A stretch of 64,000 nt of DNA from Oculina patagonica. Its lineage: Eukaryota. Made by a program: the position numbers and the translations under genes. The DNA lies in the NCBI RefSeq assembly GCF_052425735.1, contig NC_135766.1:25234001-25298000 (forward strand), read 5' to 3'. This document shows, piece after piece, positions 1 through 9,429 of this stretch. The first letter of the stretch is position 1, and the number at the start of each line of letters is the position of its first letter. Under the pieces are notes generated by a model. That model did no database searches. It saw only the letters and a program-made list of their open reading frames with translations, and was not told the origin of the DNA.

Positions 1-23
1 TCAAGTTTGCCGGCAAGTTGGGT

Positions 24-29
24 TATAAA
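24..29 (+). promoter_or_regulatory. TATA box upstream of the Maverick four-ORF cassette
   Basis: TATAAA ~85 nt upstream of the ATG at 113. Confidence 0.45.
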
Positions 30-112
30 TTGGGAAAGGACAAGCGCTATAAGAGGATGGGGGCAAAGGGCGTCACCGGTAGTTACAACAGACGTCCAGC
101 CCCGTGGGAAGT

Positions 113-448
113 ATGAATCGATTACGTCGACAGCGTCCGTTCTTGGAGAGCATTCTGAGAGAAGCCAATCGGTTCAAGCGAGAAGAGATGTTACAGCACG
201 CCAACGCCGATCAGATCAACGCCGTGAGTGAGATGGTATTGAATTTGCTCAAGAACCGCATTCCGCTCAGTCCACCGATCACCGCCAAGCTGCGACGATA
301 TAAGAAGGTCTTGCGCGAACTGGGTAAGCGCAGAAACTCGTTGAAGAGAAGGCGAGAAGGTCTCCTGTCACAGAAGGGTAGCGGGTTTTGGAAAGGACTG
401 CAACAGATCTACCAAGCATGTCTCTGCAAAACACCCTCCAGACAATGA
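113..448 (+). CDS. Small basic Maverick/adintovirus protein (putative virion core-type protein)
   Basis: MNRLRRQRPF...NLLKNRIPL...LRRYKKVLREL...LLSQKGSGFWKGL resembles the basic Polinton ORFs ending in a Q-x-G-x-G-F amphipathic motif (recognised by pattern, no search run). ATG at 113; the track start at 104 is GTG. Confidence 0.7.
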   Translation: MNRLRRQRPFLESILREANRFKREEMLQHANADQINAVSEMVLNLLKNRIPLSPPITAKLRRYKKVLRELGKRRNSLKRRREGLLSQKGSGFWKGLQQIYQACLCKTPSRQ

Positions 449-780
449 TGAAAATGTTACGCGAATCGGCGGACAGAGAAGCAGAGTGGGAAAAAAGAGC
501 AGACCATTGGCACAAAGCCTACGCCCGCGTCAATCATGACTATTTGGCTTTAAAATACGACGCAGAGTGCGAAGATTGCATTCGAGAGAGGCAAGAGACT
601 CCGGAAGGAAAGACCCTAGTACTGTGCAAGGAGTGTAGCGACAAGTGTACATCGAGAAGCGACTTGAAAAGGCGCATAGACAAGTTAGAAGAGGAAGTTC
701 GTTACTGGCAAGGGTGTTACGAAAGCTTGTTGGAAGAATACTTCAAAGATGACCGAGGAAGTCGTGATGGTTCCCGCTAA
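445..780 (+). CDS. Maverick ORF, coiled-coil protein with CxxC...CxxC putative Zn site
   Basis: ATG 445 overlaps the upstream TGA (ATGA). Contains CEDC-x15-CKEC and a heptad-like DLKRRIDKLEEEV segment. Confidence 0.65.
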   Translation: MMKMLRESADREAEWEKRADHWHKAYARVNHDYLALKYDAECEDCIRERQETPEGKTLVLCKECSDKCTSRSDLKRRIDKLEEEVRYWQGCYESLLEEYFKDDRGSRDGSR

Positions 781-1348
781 AGACTTGAATCGTTTGGTGC
801 AATATTACAAAGGCGAAATCACGGACAATGCATTGTTGAACAAAGCGGCTCGCATAGCAGCCGAAAGTCACTTGCTGTTAAAAGATAAATCCGTTCCCGA
901 TGGTATCGCCGTGGCACGAGTGAAACCTCTCGCTCGCGAACGGGCTCGTTTGACCAAACGGATACGTCAATTTCCCATGGGAGGAGTAACAGCCAGACGG
1001 CCGGGCGAAGAAGCGGAGGAGGAGGAGGAGGAGTTGGAGAATGTAGGTTTGGTGACGGGACCCGTGGAGACCATGTTGAAACAACTCATAAAAGGGAGTG
1101 CCAAGAAATCACCTCCCACAGTCACCCCGAAGGCGACAAAGAAAGCAAAAACGGCACCTGCGGGCAAACCGACATTGGCAGAGAGATTCAAGAGTTTAGA
1201 AGAGAAACTAAAGACGAGGAAAAAGCCAGCTGTGCGAAAAACGGAAGCCGAGAAACTGAAACCATTACCCGGTTGGGAAGATTGGGCCAAAGGCAAAAAG
1301 TTGAGACGAAAATTGGAGTATGACGAAGACCAAGAAGAAGAGGACTGA
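749..1348 (+). CDS. Maverick ORF, 199-aa Lys-rich protein with an acidic patch, function unknown
   Basis: Intact ORF overlapping both neighbours; histone-H1-like K/A/P/T-rich segment and a poly-Glu tract. Confidence 0.7.
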   Translation: MTEEVVMVPAKDLNRLVQYYKGEITDNALLNKAARIAAESHLLLKDKSVPDGIAVARVKPLARERARLTKRIRQFPMGGVTARRPGEEAEEEEEELENVGLVTGPVETMLKQLIKGSAKKSPPTVTPKATKKAKTAPAGKPTLAERFKSLEEKLKTRKKPAVRKTEAEKLKPLPGWEDWAKGKKLRRKLEYDEDQEEED

Positions 1349-1685
1349 AAAAAAGACGACACGGCGACGACAACGCGGACGTGGGATCGACATTCAGAAG
1401 TGGCTCGGGAAGACTGGAATCGAATTTCACTGGCCCGGTTATCAGTACATGGGTCCCGGAACCAAATTGGCAAAGCGATTGAAACGCGGGGACCCGGGCA
1501 TCAATCGATTAGACAAGATCGCCAAACAGCACGACATCGATTACAGTCACGCCAAGAATCTAAGGGACAAGTGGAAAGCCGACGAGAAAATGATTAAAGC
1601 CATCAACAAATTACCTGGAAGTAAAACCATGACGGAACGCATTGTCAAACGAATCATGCAAGCCAAGAAAAAGTTGAAACTTTAA
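1320..1685 (+). CDS. Parvovirus VP1u-type phospholipase A2 (adintovirus PLA2X-like)
   Basis: HWPGYQYMGPGT (Ca-binding loop, YxGPG), LDKIAKQHDIDY (catalytic HDxxY) and a downstream AD; basic N-terminal tail. Confidence 0.9.
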   Translation: MTKTKKKRTEKKTTRRRQRGRGIDIQKWLGKTGIEFHWPGYQYMGPGTKLAKRLKRGDPGINRLDKIAKQHDIDYSHAKNLRDKWKADEKMIKAINKLPGSKTMTERIVKRIMQAKKKLKL

Positions 1686-1698
1686 TGTTGTTGAACAC

Positions 1699-1704
1699 AA
1701 TAAA
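1699..1704 (+). terminator. Polyadenylation signal of the Maverick ORF cassette
   Basis: AATAAA just after the PLA2 stop, followed by GT-rich sequence. Confidence 0.6.
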
Positions 1705-2075
1705 GACGTGGTTAAACGTTTACATGTTGTCGTATGTGCATTCGATCACCGACTTGAGCAAACAAACAAAACTCTCGTACTCGTTCCCAGTACACCCGAG
1801 AAAGGGGGATACCCCCATCCCCCCTCTCTCACGTGATTTTTTAAAAAATAGCTTCACAAGCGTGCGTTTTCTCAGAATCGCCGACCTAGAAAAAGCAATT
1901 TTGGTGGGTAGACTCATCTGCGCATGCGTTTAGTGCAAAGTATTGAGTTCCAGATACCACAAGGACAGTATGGCACTTTGTGAACCATATCTATAGGATG
2001 GTGGTCTTGCTAACTTTGTACACGTTCATTCCCAGGGTGCGCGGCCACTAGGGCTTAGTGAACATTGACACAAGG

Positions 2076-2084
2076 AAAAAAAAA
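2076..2084 (-). terminator. RNA polymerase III terminator (T9) of the tRNA-like gene
   Basis: Nine A on the + strand = T9 on the - strand, separated from the discriminator base by a single nucleotide. Confidence 0.7.
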
Positions 2085-2085
2085 T

Positions 2086-2157
2086 ATCCCCAGCGAGGAC
2101 TCGAACCTCGATTGCCTACCTCAGCGGCAGGAGTGATACCCGTTACACTACCGGGGC
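2086..2157 (-). tRNA. tRNA-like (Gln-CTG-like, non-canonical) Pol III gene inside the Maverick
   Basis: Minus strand GCCCCGG TA GTGT AACGGGTA TCAC T CCTGC CGCTGAG GTAGG CAAT CGAGG TTCGAGT CCTCG CTGGGGA T is a 72-nt cloverleaf with an A box, a consensus B box (GGTTCGAGTCC), anticodon CTG and discriminator T. Deviations are G33 and a G1:A72 mismatch. Confidence 0.75.
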
Positions 2158-2229
2158 TTTAGGACCACTTGTTACCGTTTTTTAGTGTCTTGTACCTTAA
2201 CAGAAAAAACCTGTTATTAAAAAAAAACC

Positions 2230-2782
2230 TGTTTTTACACCTATTTTCTTGTCTTGTCGTTTTTTTCCGCGCGAGGACTGGGCCCGAGTTCATTCTAACC
2301 GTTCGGAGACTGGAACCGACACTCCAAACACCCTGGGACCGACTCCTATGACGTCATCACACCCCTAAGTCACGTGGTTTTCCCTTTTACGCGCCTATTT
2401 TCTTGTCTTGTCGTTTTTTTTTTCGCGCGGGGACTGGGACCGAGTTCATTTCCACCGTCCGGGGCCTGGACCCGACACTCCAAACACCCTGGGACCGACT
2501 CCTATGACGTCATCACACCCCTAAGTCACGTGGTTTTTCCCTTTTACGCCTATTTACACCTAGTTTCGGTTTTTTTCCGCGGGGGACTGGGCCGAGCTTC
2601 TTTCTACCGTCCGGGGACTGGGACCGACACTCCGAGCGGGGCCTGGGACCGACACTCGGACACCCTGGGGCCGACTCCTATGACGTCATCAACTCCCAAG
2701 TCACGTGGTTTTCCCTTCTACGCATGCGCAGAAATGCTGCTCTCTGATTGGCTGCTGCCGAATTTAAGCGGACCTTACTACT
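2230..2782. repeat. Maverick terminal (probable TIR) region with three ~155-175 bp tandem units
   Basis: The core CCGACACTC...CACCCTGGG(A/G)CCGACTCCTATGACGTCATCA...AAGTCACGTGGTTTT recurs at ~2317, ~2472 and ~2648. Confidence 0.8.
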
Positions 2783-3701
2783 AGGAGAAATTAGATGTTG
2801 ATCTCTGCTAGGAATTTAATCGAGTCAATCATTTCAATTCATCGATTATTTTATCTACTCCCGAGAATAATCCTTCAAAGTATATATAATTTTAATATGA
2901 AGAGTTGACAATTACGACCCTATAGCAAGTTTAATTTGTAAATTCTTTTCTTTAGTACGTCTGAAGGAGTACGAATCATTCATCCCCCCATCTGTGATTC
3001 GCAGAAACCAAGACAATATTAATTGTATTGTTCTTAAAAAATGACTCAGGGCACACCCAGTTTTTAGCTTATTCAAAGTCCCCGCTTCTACCTTCGGGAA
3101 TGAGGGCTTCATTTGGACCCTGTTATTCCACAGCTCTAAATAGCTTTTTTTTGTTTTTTGATTGTATGCAATATTCTTGTTTTAATGTGTACATTGGTTT
3201 TGAGAAGTTGATATTATTGTTATTTGCCTGTTTGGCAGTGTATGGATACAGATAAGAAGAAATAATATTTTGTTATCACAACTGAGAACGGGCGAGGGGG
3301 TGTGACTGTGAACAGTCATTGGGCATATCCGAACAAATAAAGCGTTAATTTGTTTGGCGCAAAAGGCGAAATAAATGAACACAAACAAATAAGGCAGATG
3401 AGACAATTGTCTTGTGCAATGAGAGTTGTTGCGGACGTTTCAGAAAGGAAATGAAAGCTAGTTAAATTTCAATATATTAAAGCACATAGATAATTAAGGT
3501 TCATTTCAAATGAGTTTATTTGTCTTTTACAACAAACTTACATCACTAACTAAGAGAGAACAAACAACTATCAAAAGCTTAAAACAACCAACACTGAAAA
3601 AAAAAAAATCTTATAAAAAGCAAGAAAACCAAAGCTCTTGTTTACGTGTTCAATTACATCACTTTATACTGATGAGTAATGTCCCGAACTTGTTGTACGG
3701 A

Positions 3702-4517
3702 TTACTTTGAGGGTTTTGCGGGTTTATAAGGGAGTTCCCCGAAAGATTTCTTGTCAATGCAATCACACATACACTTGTACGCCGCGCGCATACAGAACCC
3801 ATAGCTGTTCCCAGGCTGTCTTAGGCAAATGTAAAAGGCTTGGTTACATCTTCGGCAACAGTCGAACATTTCTTTGCAGACATACTTGTTCTGTGGTTTG
3901 TTCTCACTTCTAGGTGGCAGCATAATGGCTGATGCATCGCGACACAGCACCGGGAAGTTCTCGTAGCTGAGATAGTTGTCAATTTTCTGCCAGAAAAGAA
4001 AAAAAAGAAGATACGTTATTTAAGTCACACTATACTCCATGATCCCTACATGAAGTTCTTACTACTCAAAAGTGTGTGAGGATATTATAAAAAAATATTG
4101 TTGTTTGCTTTTCTCGGCTTGTATTCTCTCATTTGCATGGTATAAAACAAACGAACCATTAATAGTTAAATTTACTAGTTTGAAATTCTCTGTAAGGCGT
4201 TTAGCATTGTCTATTTTTTTTTTTATTGCCATTTTGAATTCCCGCGCAGTCGGACTTACCCGAACATCCTGTGGCAGCCTGGTAAGATGAAGTTTGTCAC
4301 ATTCTGCAGGGCAGTTACAAGTATCATTGTTGCCGCCCTCTTGCCCCCGGGGAGCAACAATGAGTCTCTCTTTAAAATCCGGCGATGGTTCATCTCGCGT
4401 CCCCTCCAGGGCTTCTAACGCCTCGTCGTTGTACAAATCTTCAAGAGTTTGTCTTCTGTAACCATGTGCGGCCATTATGACCGAAGCGAGAAGGCAAACA
4501 ACCAAGAACGCTTTCAT
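3702..4517 (-). CDS. Secreted 13-Cys protein, type A copy 1 (180 aa; exons 4517-4260, 3986-3702)
   Basis: Signal peptide MKAFLVVCLLASVIMAAHG and an acidic pro-like region. A phase-0 GT-AG intron joins ...PQDVR to KIDNYLSYENFPVLC..., followed by FDCCRRCNQAFYIC...FCMRAAYKCMCDC. TATAAAAGCT lies upstream. Confidence 0.88.
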
Positions 4518-6031
4518 GTTGGTACTGAGAGAAGCACCGATTGGGAACGATTTTTGGACAAGCCCTTCTGCACTGAATGAGATTGGGTGTGTTAAAAGCT
4601 TTTATATCACGCCAGTTGCAAGGAAAATACTCGAAGTGTTTGTGGCTTGTTTTTGATTCGTTGTTGAGAATGGCAATCATGCATGTATGTATAAGTTAAT
4701 ATCAATGTGGTGCCACTATACCAAAAATATTCTCTCGTATGTTGGCTCCGATTGAATGCTTTGATAAGCTTAAAAAAGTAGTGTGTTTTTTTTTACATAT
4801 TTTGAAGAAGAAACAAGTTACAATTTTGCTATTGCAATCCTTGAAAAATTCAGACTAGTAAACAATAATACCAAAGCGTTAACACAAAACTTTTCTCCAC
4901 CAGAGATTTTCCTGTTTGTCCATTTACGTGACTTTGCTATGTATTTTTTCCGTTTTATCTCAAGTACAAAGTTATATTTGACCCCAAAATAGGCGGTATG
5001 ATCAATTAAGGACCGTTCCACAACGTTTTCAGACAGATACATCATAGTGTCATGCAGTATTGGATAGGACGGAAATAAACCTCTTCGCTCAAGGGCAACA
5101 TTTTAGTTCAAGGGCTTGTACAGGAATGTTATCCGGGCATCAGTGAGCCTATACACACCACAAAACAAACATAACTGAAGCGCACTTAGCATAACTTCGC
5201 GTTTGTTGTCAATATTTATCTTTTATTTGCGGGATGAAAGGAATCGATCCTTTTGAAATATGTCAATAATATCGGCACCACAAAGATCTGCTCAACTAAA
5301 GCTTACTTGGACAGAAATATAGTAAACTGTGACACTGATATTATGCAATCGGGAAAAGTTTATTTGGTATACAATAATAAAATTTGTGTGGCATTTTACG
5401 ACCTCAACAACACTGTAGCAAATATGGGCTTCCACTGTAAATTATACATTGTACTCACAATTTGTTCTGAGTGGTTTTCGAAGCTTTATAACTGAATACT
5501 TTAGAGTGCAATTCTCAAATAATCTTGTTAACTGCCTGTTTTTATTTGCTAAGTATTATTGTTATAGTGGATAACAATGAACTCGAGTATACATAAAATC
5601 GGAAAGGGGCAAATATTTTCAGGAAAATGGGTGTACTGATATATTTATTGTTGATACTGTTCTCGTACTGAGCAAAAATCGCAAGGCCTCAGTGAGCTCA
5701 AGAGAGTTTGAGGGATCTCTTTATTCATTTCAGTTTATGTTCATATTTTCAGTTTTTCTTTCATAAGAACAACCAGAAATGACTGAAAACATCTTCAATT
5801 TTTTTCCACACATTTATTGAATAATTCACATCAGTTTACAATTAATATCACAAAAACGCAAGCCGTAAAACGCTTTGTAAGATACAACTAAACAGCAGTT
5901 AGAAATACAAAAACAATATACTGCATGGAAACAAACAGCAAAAGTCAGGAAAACACCGCAGTCATTCCCAGTCTGCTTGCGTCAGTAGCATACAGTGTTC
6001 AGTAAAGATTTCATTGTTGCTGTTGGTTTAT

Positions 6032-6914
6032 CTAGGACGGAAGAGAGGTAGGACCAGTGGTAGGAACAGTGGTAGGACCAGAGGTAGGACCAGGAGTCGG
6101 ACCAGGGCCCGGACTAGGGAACGGTGGAATTTCAGGTGGGGTGTGCTTTTCCATGCATTTACACATGCACTTGTATGACTGGCGATAGCAGAATTCTGGG
6201 CCCCCGTTAAGACTTCCCATTTGGATCATGCATTTGTCGTACACAGCATTGCAAGCTCTGCAGCAGTCAAACAGGTAGAGTTGCAGGAACTGACATCTGT
6301 ACAGCGGATTTCTGTTGAAGACGATCGTCGAGGCCAACACGCAGTTGATAGGCCTCGCTTCAAATTTGTGGAAGCTCTCGTTTTTCTGTTGAATGAAAAA
6401 GGGAGTAAAATTAAAATTAGAGATGATGTCTTTGAATGAATGAATGAGTGAAAGAATCATTTCACTTTCGTGCCTATAGTGAGTTTCTGATAGTAGCTAA
6501 GAGATTGTGTGTGTTGATAGTTCGTAGAAAAGGCGTGGCGCAGCTGAGATCTAGAACTTATAAAGCGTACACAACGACATGCATTCCCCTTACAATTCAA
6601 AGTATAGCAATGTCGGTCTTCAACTGTGTTGTAAAAGTAGAAATCAAACACTAAAGAGTGGTGTTTACCTCTAGAAAATCAGGCACTTCCAGCTTGTTGC
6701 ATGTTGGTTCACAGGGAGCTAGGCACTTGGTCGACTCGTCATTTTGTGGAGCCGGCGCTCGGATGGATTCGTCTTCGAGCTGCAAGCTGGTTATTGCGGG
6801 AAGAAGAGCTCTATGCTCGGGTCGAAAAAAGCGTTTAACATGTTCTTCAGTGCTGAAGGCATTCACCAACACAATGGCGAGCGAAAAAGTTACAAGAAAG
6901 CTACACGTCTTCAT
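6032..6914 (-). CDS. Secreted 13-Cys protein, type B copy 1 (199 aa; exons 6914-6669, 6385-6032)
   Basis: Signal peptide MKTCSFLVTFSLAIVLVNA; phase-0 intron ...PDFLE|KNESF...; FDCCRACNAVYDKC...FCYRQSYKCMCKC; Pro/Thr/Gly tail; TATAAAAGCT upstream. Confidence 0.88.
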
Positions 6915-7586
6915 ACTGTGGTATTGTATGCTTGTTTGAATGAAGTATTGCCTCTCTGCAAGCTTTCCTCGACTGAGAATACAACTCTGTTTAACCGAGC
7001 TTTTATACCGCAGTACAAGATGACCAGTGTTTTGTGTATTGTTTAGTCTGCATATTCGACCGCATTCTATCTTGAGTGGGTTTCCGTTGATACGTGACAT
7101 GACGCTGTCATGTCAAACAAACAAACCCAGCCAGGAAACATCGCTGAACAATAGCAACGCAGGCCCGAAAACCAAGATTGGACTCCGCGTAATCAATGAG
7201 ATAAGATCGTTCATCATCAAACCTGTGAAAAATTTACTTTTTGAAATTATTTAATTTCAAATTTGAACTCGTCCTACAACCATTAACTCCTGTTTTATTG
7301 TGTACATCTTCGTTGGCTGTATTTCATTTTCGCTAGTTATAGTTTCACATCAAAAATATCATATTTGGTCATGGTTCAGTGAAGCATAAAAAAAGTAGAA
7401 TTTCCTTAAATGAAATTTTTAAGGTCACTTGTGGTTAAACAGGAAAATTTTCTTTAAAACGATATTTAAAAGAACAACTATATACTATTAAATGAAAGAG
7501 CTCATAACGACTCTTATTGCCTCAATTTGTTATATTTTTGTTAACTTGCCAACAGATCTTGCGAGACCTCTCAATATTCGAGTATG

Positions 7587-8126
7587 TGATCTTAGCCAAC
7601 TCATTTTAGTGCCATGCCCAGAAATGGGAAAAGTACTTATACTGATTTGAATCTGTAGCAGGCGGGCCGTGTTAAGTTAATTATCAGATGACAATTTTGT
7701 ACTGGGTCTTTTTATGCATCAACGAATCTCAATTGCTTGTTTCCTGCAAGTTTTGCACGTAACTGCAGAGAACACGAAACAGCTATCAAACTACAGCACT
7801 GTCATGTTCAGCTAAGACAGAGCCACAGATAAACGGTAGCAGTAACATCAATTGATCTTAGCCAACTCATTTTAGTGCCATGCCCAGAAATGGGAAAAGT
7901 ACTTATACTGATTTGAATCTGTAGCAGGCGGGCCGTGTTAAGTTAATTATCAGATGACAATTTTGTACTGGGTCTTTTTATGCATCAACGAATCTCAATT
8001 GCTTGTTTCCTGCAAGTTTTTGCACGTAACTGCAGAGAACACGAAACAGCTATCAAACTACAGCACTGTCATGTTCAGCTAAGACAGAGCCACAGATAAA
8101 CGGTTTCTAAATGCAGTAACATCAAT
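7587..8126. repeat. Near-identical ~266-bp tandem duplication
   Basis: TGATCTTAGCCAACTCATTTTAGTGCC... starts at both 7587 and 7853; only one copy is present in the mirror arm (~15955-16222). Confidence 0.9.
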
Positions 8127-8864
8127 TTTATCTGCAGAAGGTGTAGTGTCTACAGCAACTTCTCGATAAACATGGCTTAAAATTAAACACGTACTGTCAT
8201 ATTGTTCGACAAATGTTGCAGAAAATTAAAGGTTCAATATATTATTGAGCACCCTCTCAGACTTGGAAGTGGTGTCGGTAGCTGTCGAAAAAAAAAACCA
8301 GGCAAACGCTACACGCTACATCGGTGTTTAAGCGATGTTTTCGATCATGTATCACAACAATGTAAATAATACGAAGAGCCTTTCTTTCAAAATACCGCGG
8401 CATGTCTTTATGAGTATTGTTAACTCGTTTCAACATATTTTTTTTCTCATGTATTGCTTTTGATCTCACGCGCATGAATTAAATTTTTGAAAACATTCAA
8501 GGGCCCAAAGCCTTTTCTACGCATTTTCAAAAACTTTCGTCGGCAATTTTACTCTAAGGGACTTTAAAAGTGAAATATTTCTGTTCAATAGACCCACTCA
8601 AATAAATTGGGACAAAAGAAGGTTAACCTGCATCAATTCATTTAAAATATTTTGTTGTCAGAAGCTGCAGTGGTCATATCAAGTGGCAAAATCAAATTTA
8701 TCCAAATAAGCGCCTTCTTTCAGATATCATATCTTAAAAACGAATTCGGTGACCCCTATTTTTTTACATTTCTGACATAGTCCGACATAAGTAGTGTAAA
8801 CTAGCTGTGGTGAAAGTTTAAGAAAAGTTGCAATGTTGGAAGATTTTCGCGCGAACGTTCTTAA

Positions 8865-9424
8865 GGTGATTCCACTGAATTGCATTGTGCATCCTTGCTG
8901 CGCATACGAACACTACGAGATTCCCTTCTGGCTAAGGTCCGTAGGGAAATAAATGGTCGTTTTCTCTTAAACGAGCACGGTGACCCCCATTTGTTAATGC
9001 ATTAATTTAAAGTTCATACGGCTGTCTACAATATATCGAAAAGTTTAAAATTCTACATTGAGATATTTTAATTTTAATGCCGTAAAAAGCACGTTTTCAG
9101 GTATTGCCGTTGACATGCGCACGAAGCAAAATCTTTAATTTCTTTCATTATCTTAATTCCTGTACATTAAAAATAGTTTTTAATATAAGAACAATGTCTA
9201 TGTTGTTGAGCTAGACCAATACTGTAATGTAATAATGACTTTTTTCTAGAAACATTAGTTCCTCATTCGGATTACTGGGATTCCTAATATATACCTCGTG
9301 GGTCGTATATTTACTATAATGCCCATCCATTTTACACAAAAACTAGCGTGGTGACCCCCATTTTTTATTTCATTTTTTTTTAATGCTCATATCATAATTG
9401 TAACCTCTATTCAGTGGAATCACC
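8865..9424. mobile_element. Non-autonomous DNA transposon with TTAA TSD (Kolobok/piggyBac-type)
   Basis: TTAA|GGTGATTCCACTGAAT ... ATTCAGTGGAATCACC|TTAA. Confidence 0.8.
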
Positions 9425-9429
9425 TTAAA

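Larger units (their letters stand above)
1..2782 (+). mobile_element. Right end of a Maverick/Polinton (adintovirus-like) endogenous element
   Basis: Intronless, overlapping, GC-richer ORFs including a parvovirus-type PLA2 as found in adintoviruses. A repeat-rich subterminal region ends in ...CTTACTACT at 2782, matching the AGTAGT...ACTACT Maverick terminus. Composition switches abruptly to AT-rich host DNA after 2782. The predicted 6-bp TSD is AGGAGA (2783-2788); the left end is outside the window. Confidence 0.88.
2816..8544. repeat. Left arm of a ~5.7-kb inverted segmental duplication
   Basis: Reverse-complement match to ~15513-21242 through exons, introns and intergenic DNA. Mirrored ORFs in the track include 3702..3950(-)/20093..20341(+) and 5253..5495(+)/18419..18754(-). 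Confidence 0.92.

Noticed and set aside
967-1473. Antisense ORFs over the Maverick genes, and most other short 60-110 aa ORFs in the track
   Set aside because: Shadows of real coding strands or chance ORFs in repeats and introns, with no splice or motif support.
1930-2070. Possible hammerhead or HDV ribozyme
   Set aside because: No CUGANGA/GAAA core or HDV nested pseudoknot could be built by eye on either strand.
2300-2720. Regularly spaced repeats resembling a CRISPR array
   Set aside because: The inter-repeat segments are similar to each other, the units are >150 bp, there are no cas genes and the context is eukaryotic; these are Maverick subterminal repeats.
3702-6914. Calling the Cys-rich genes SCRiP/ShK toxins or secreted PLA2
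   Set aside because: Size and Cys spacing do not fit, and the DCC motif lacks the catalytic HD of PLA2.
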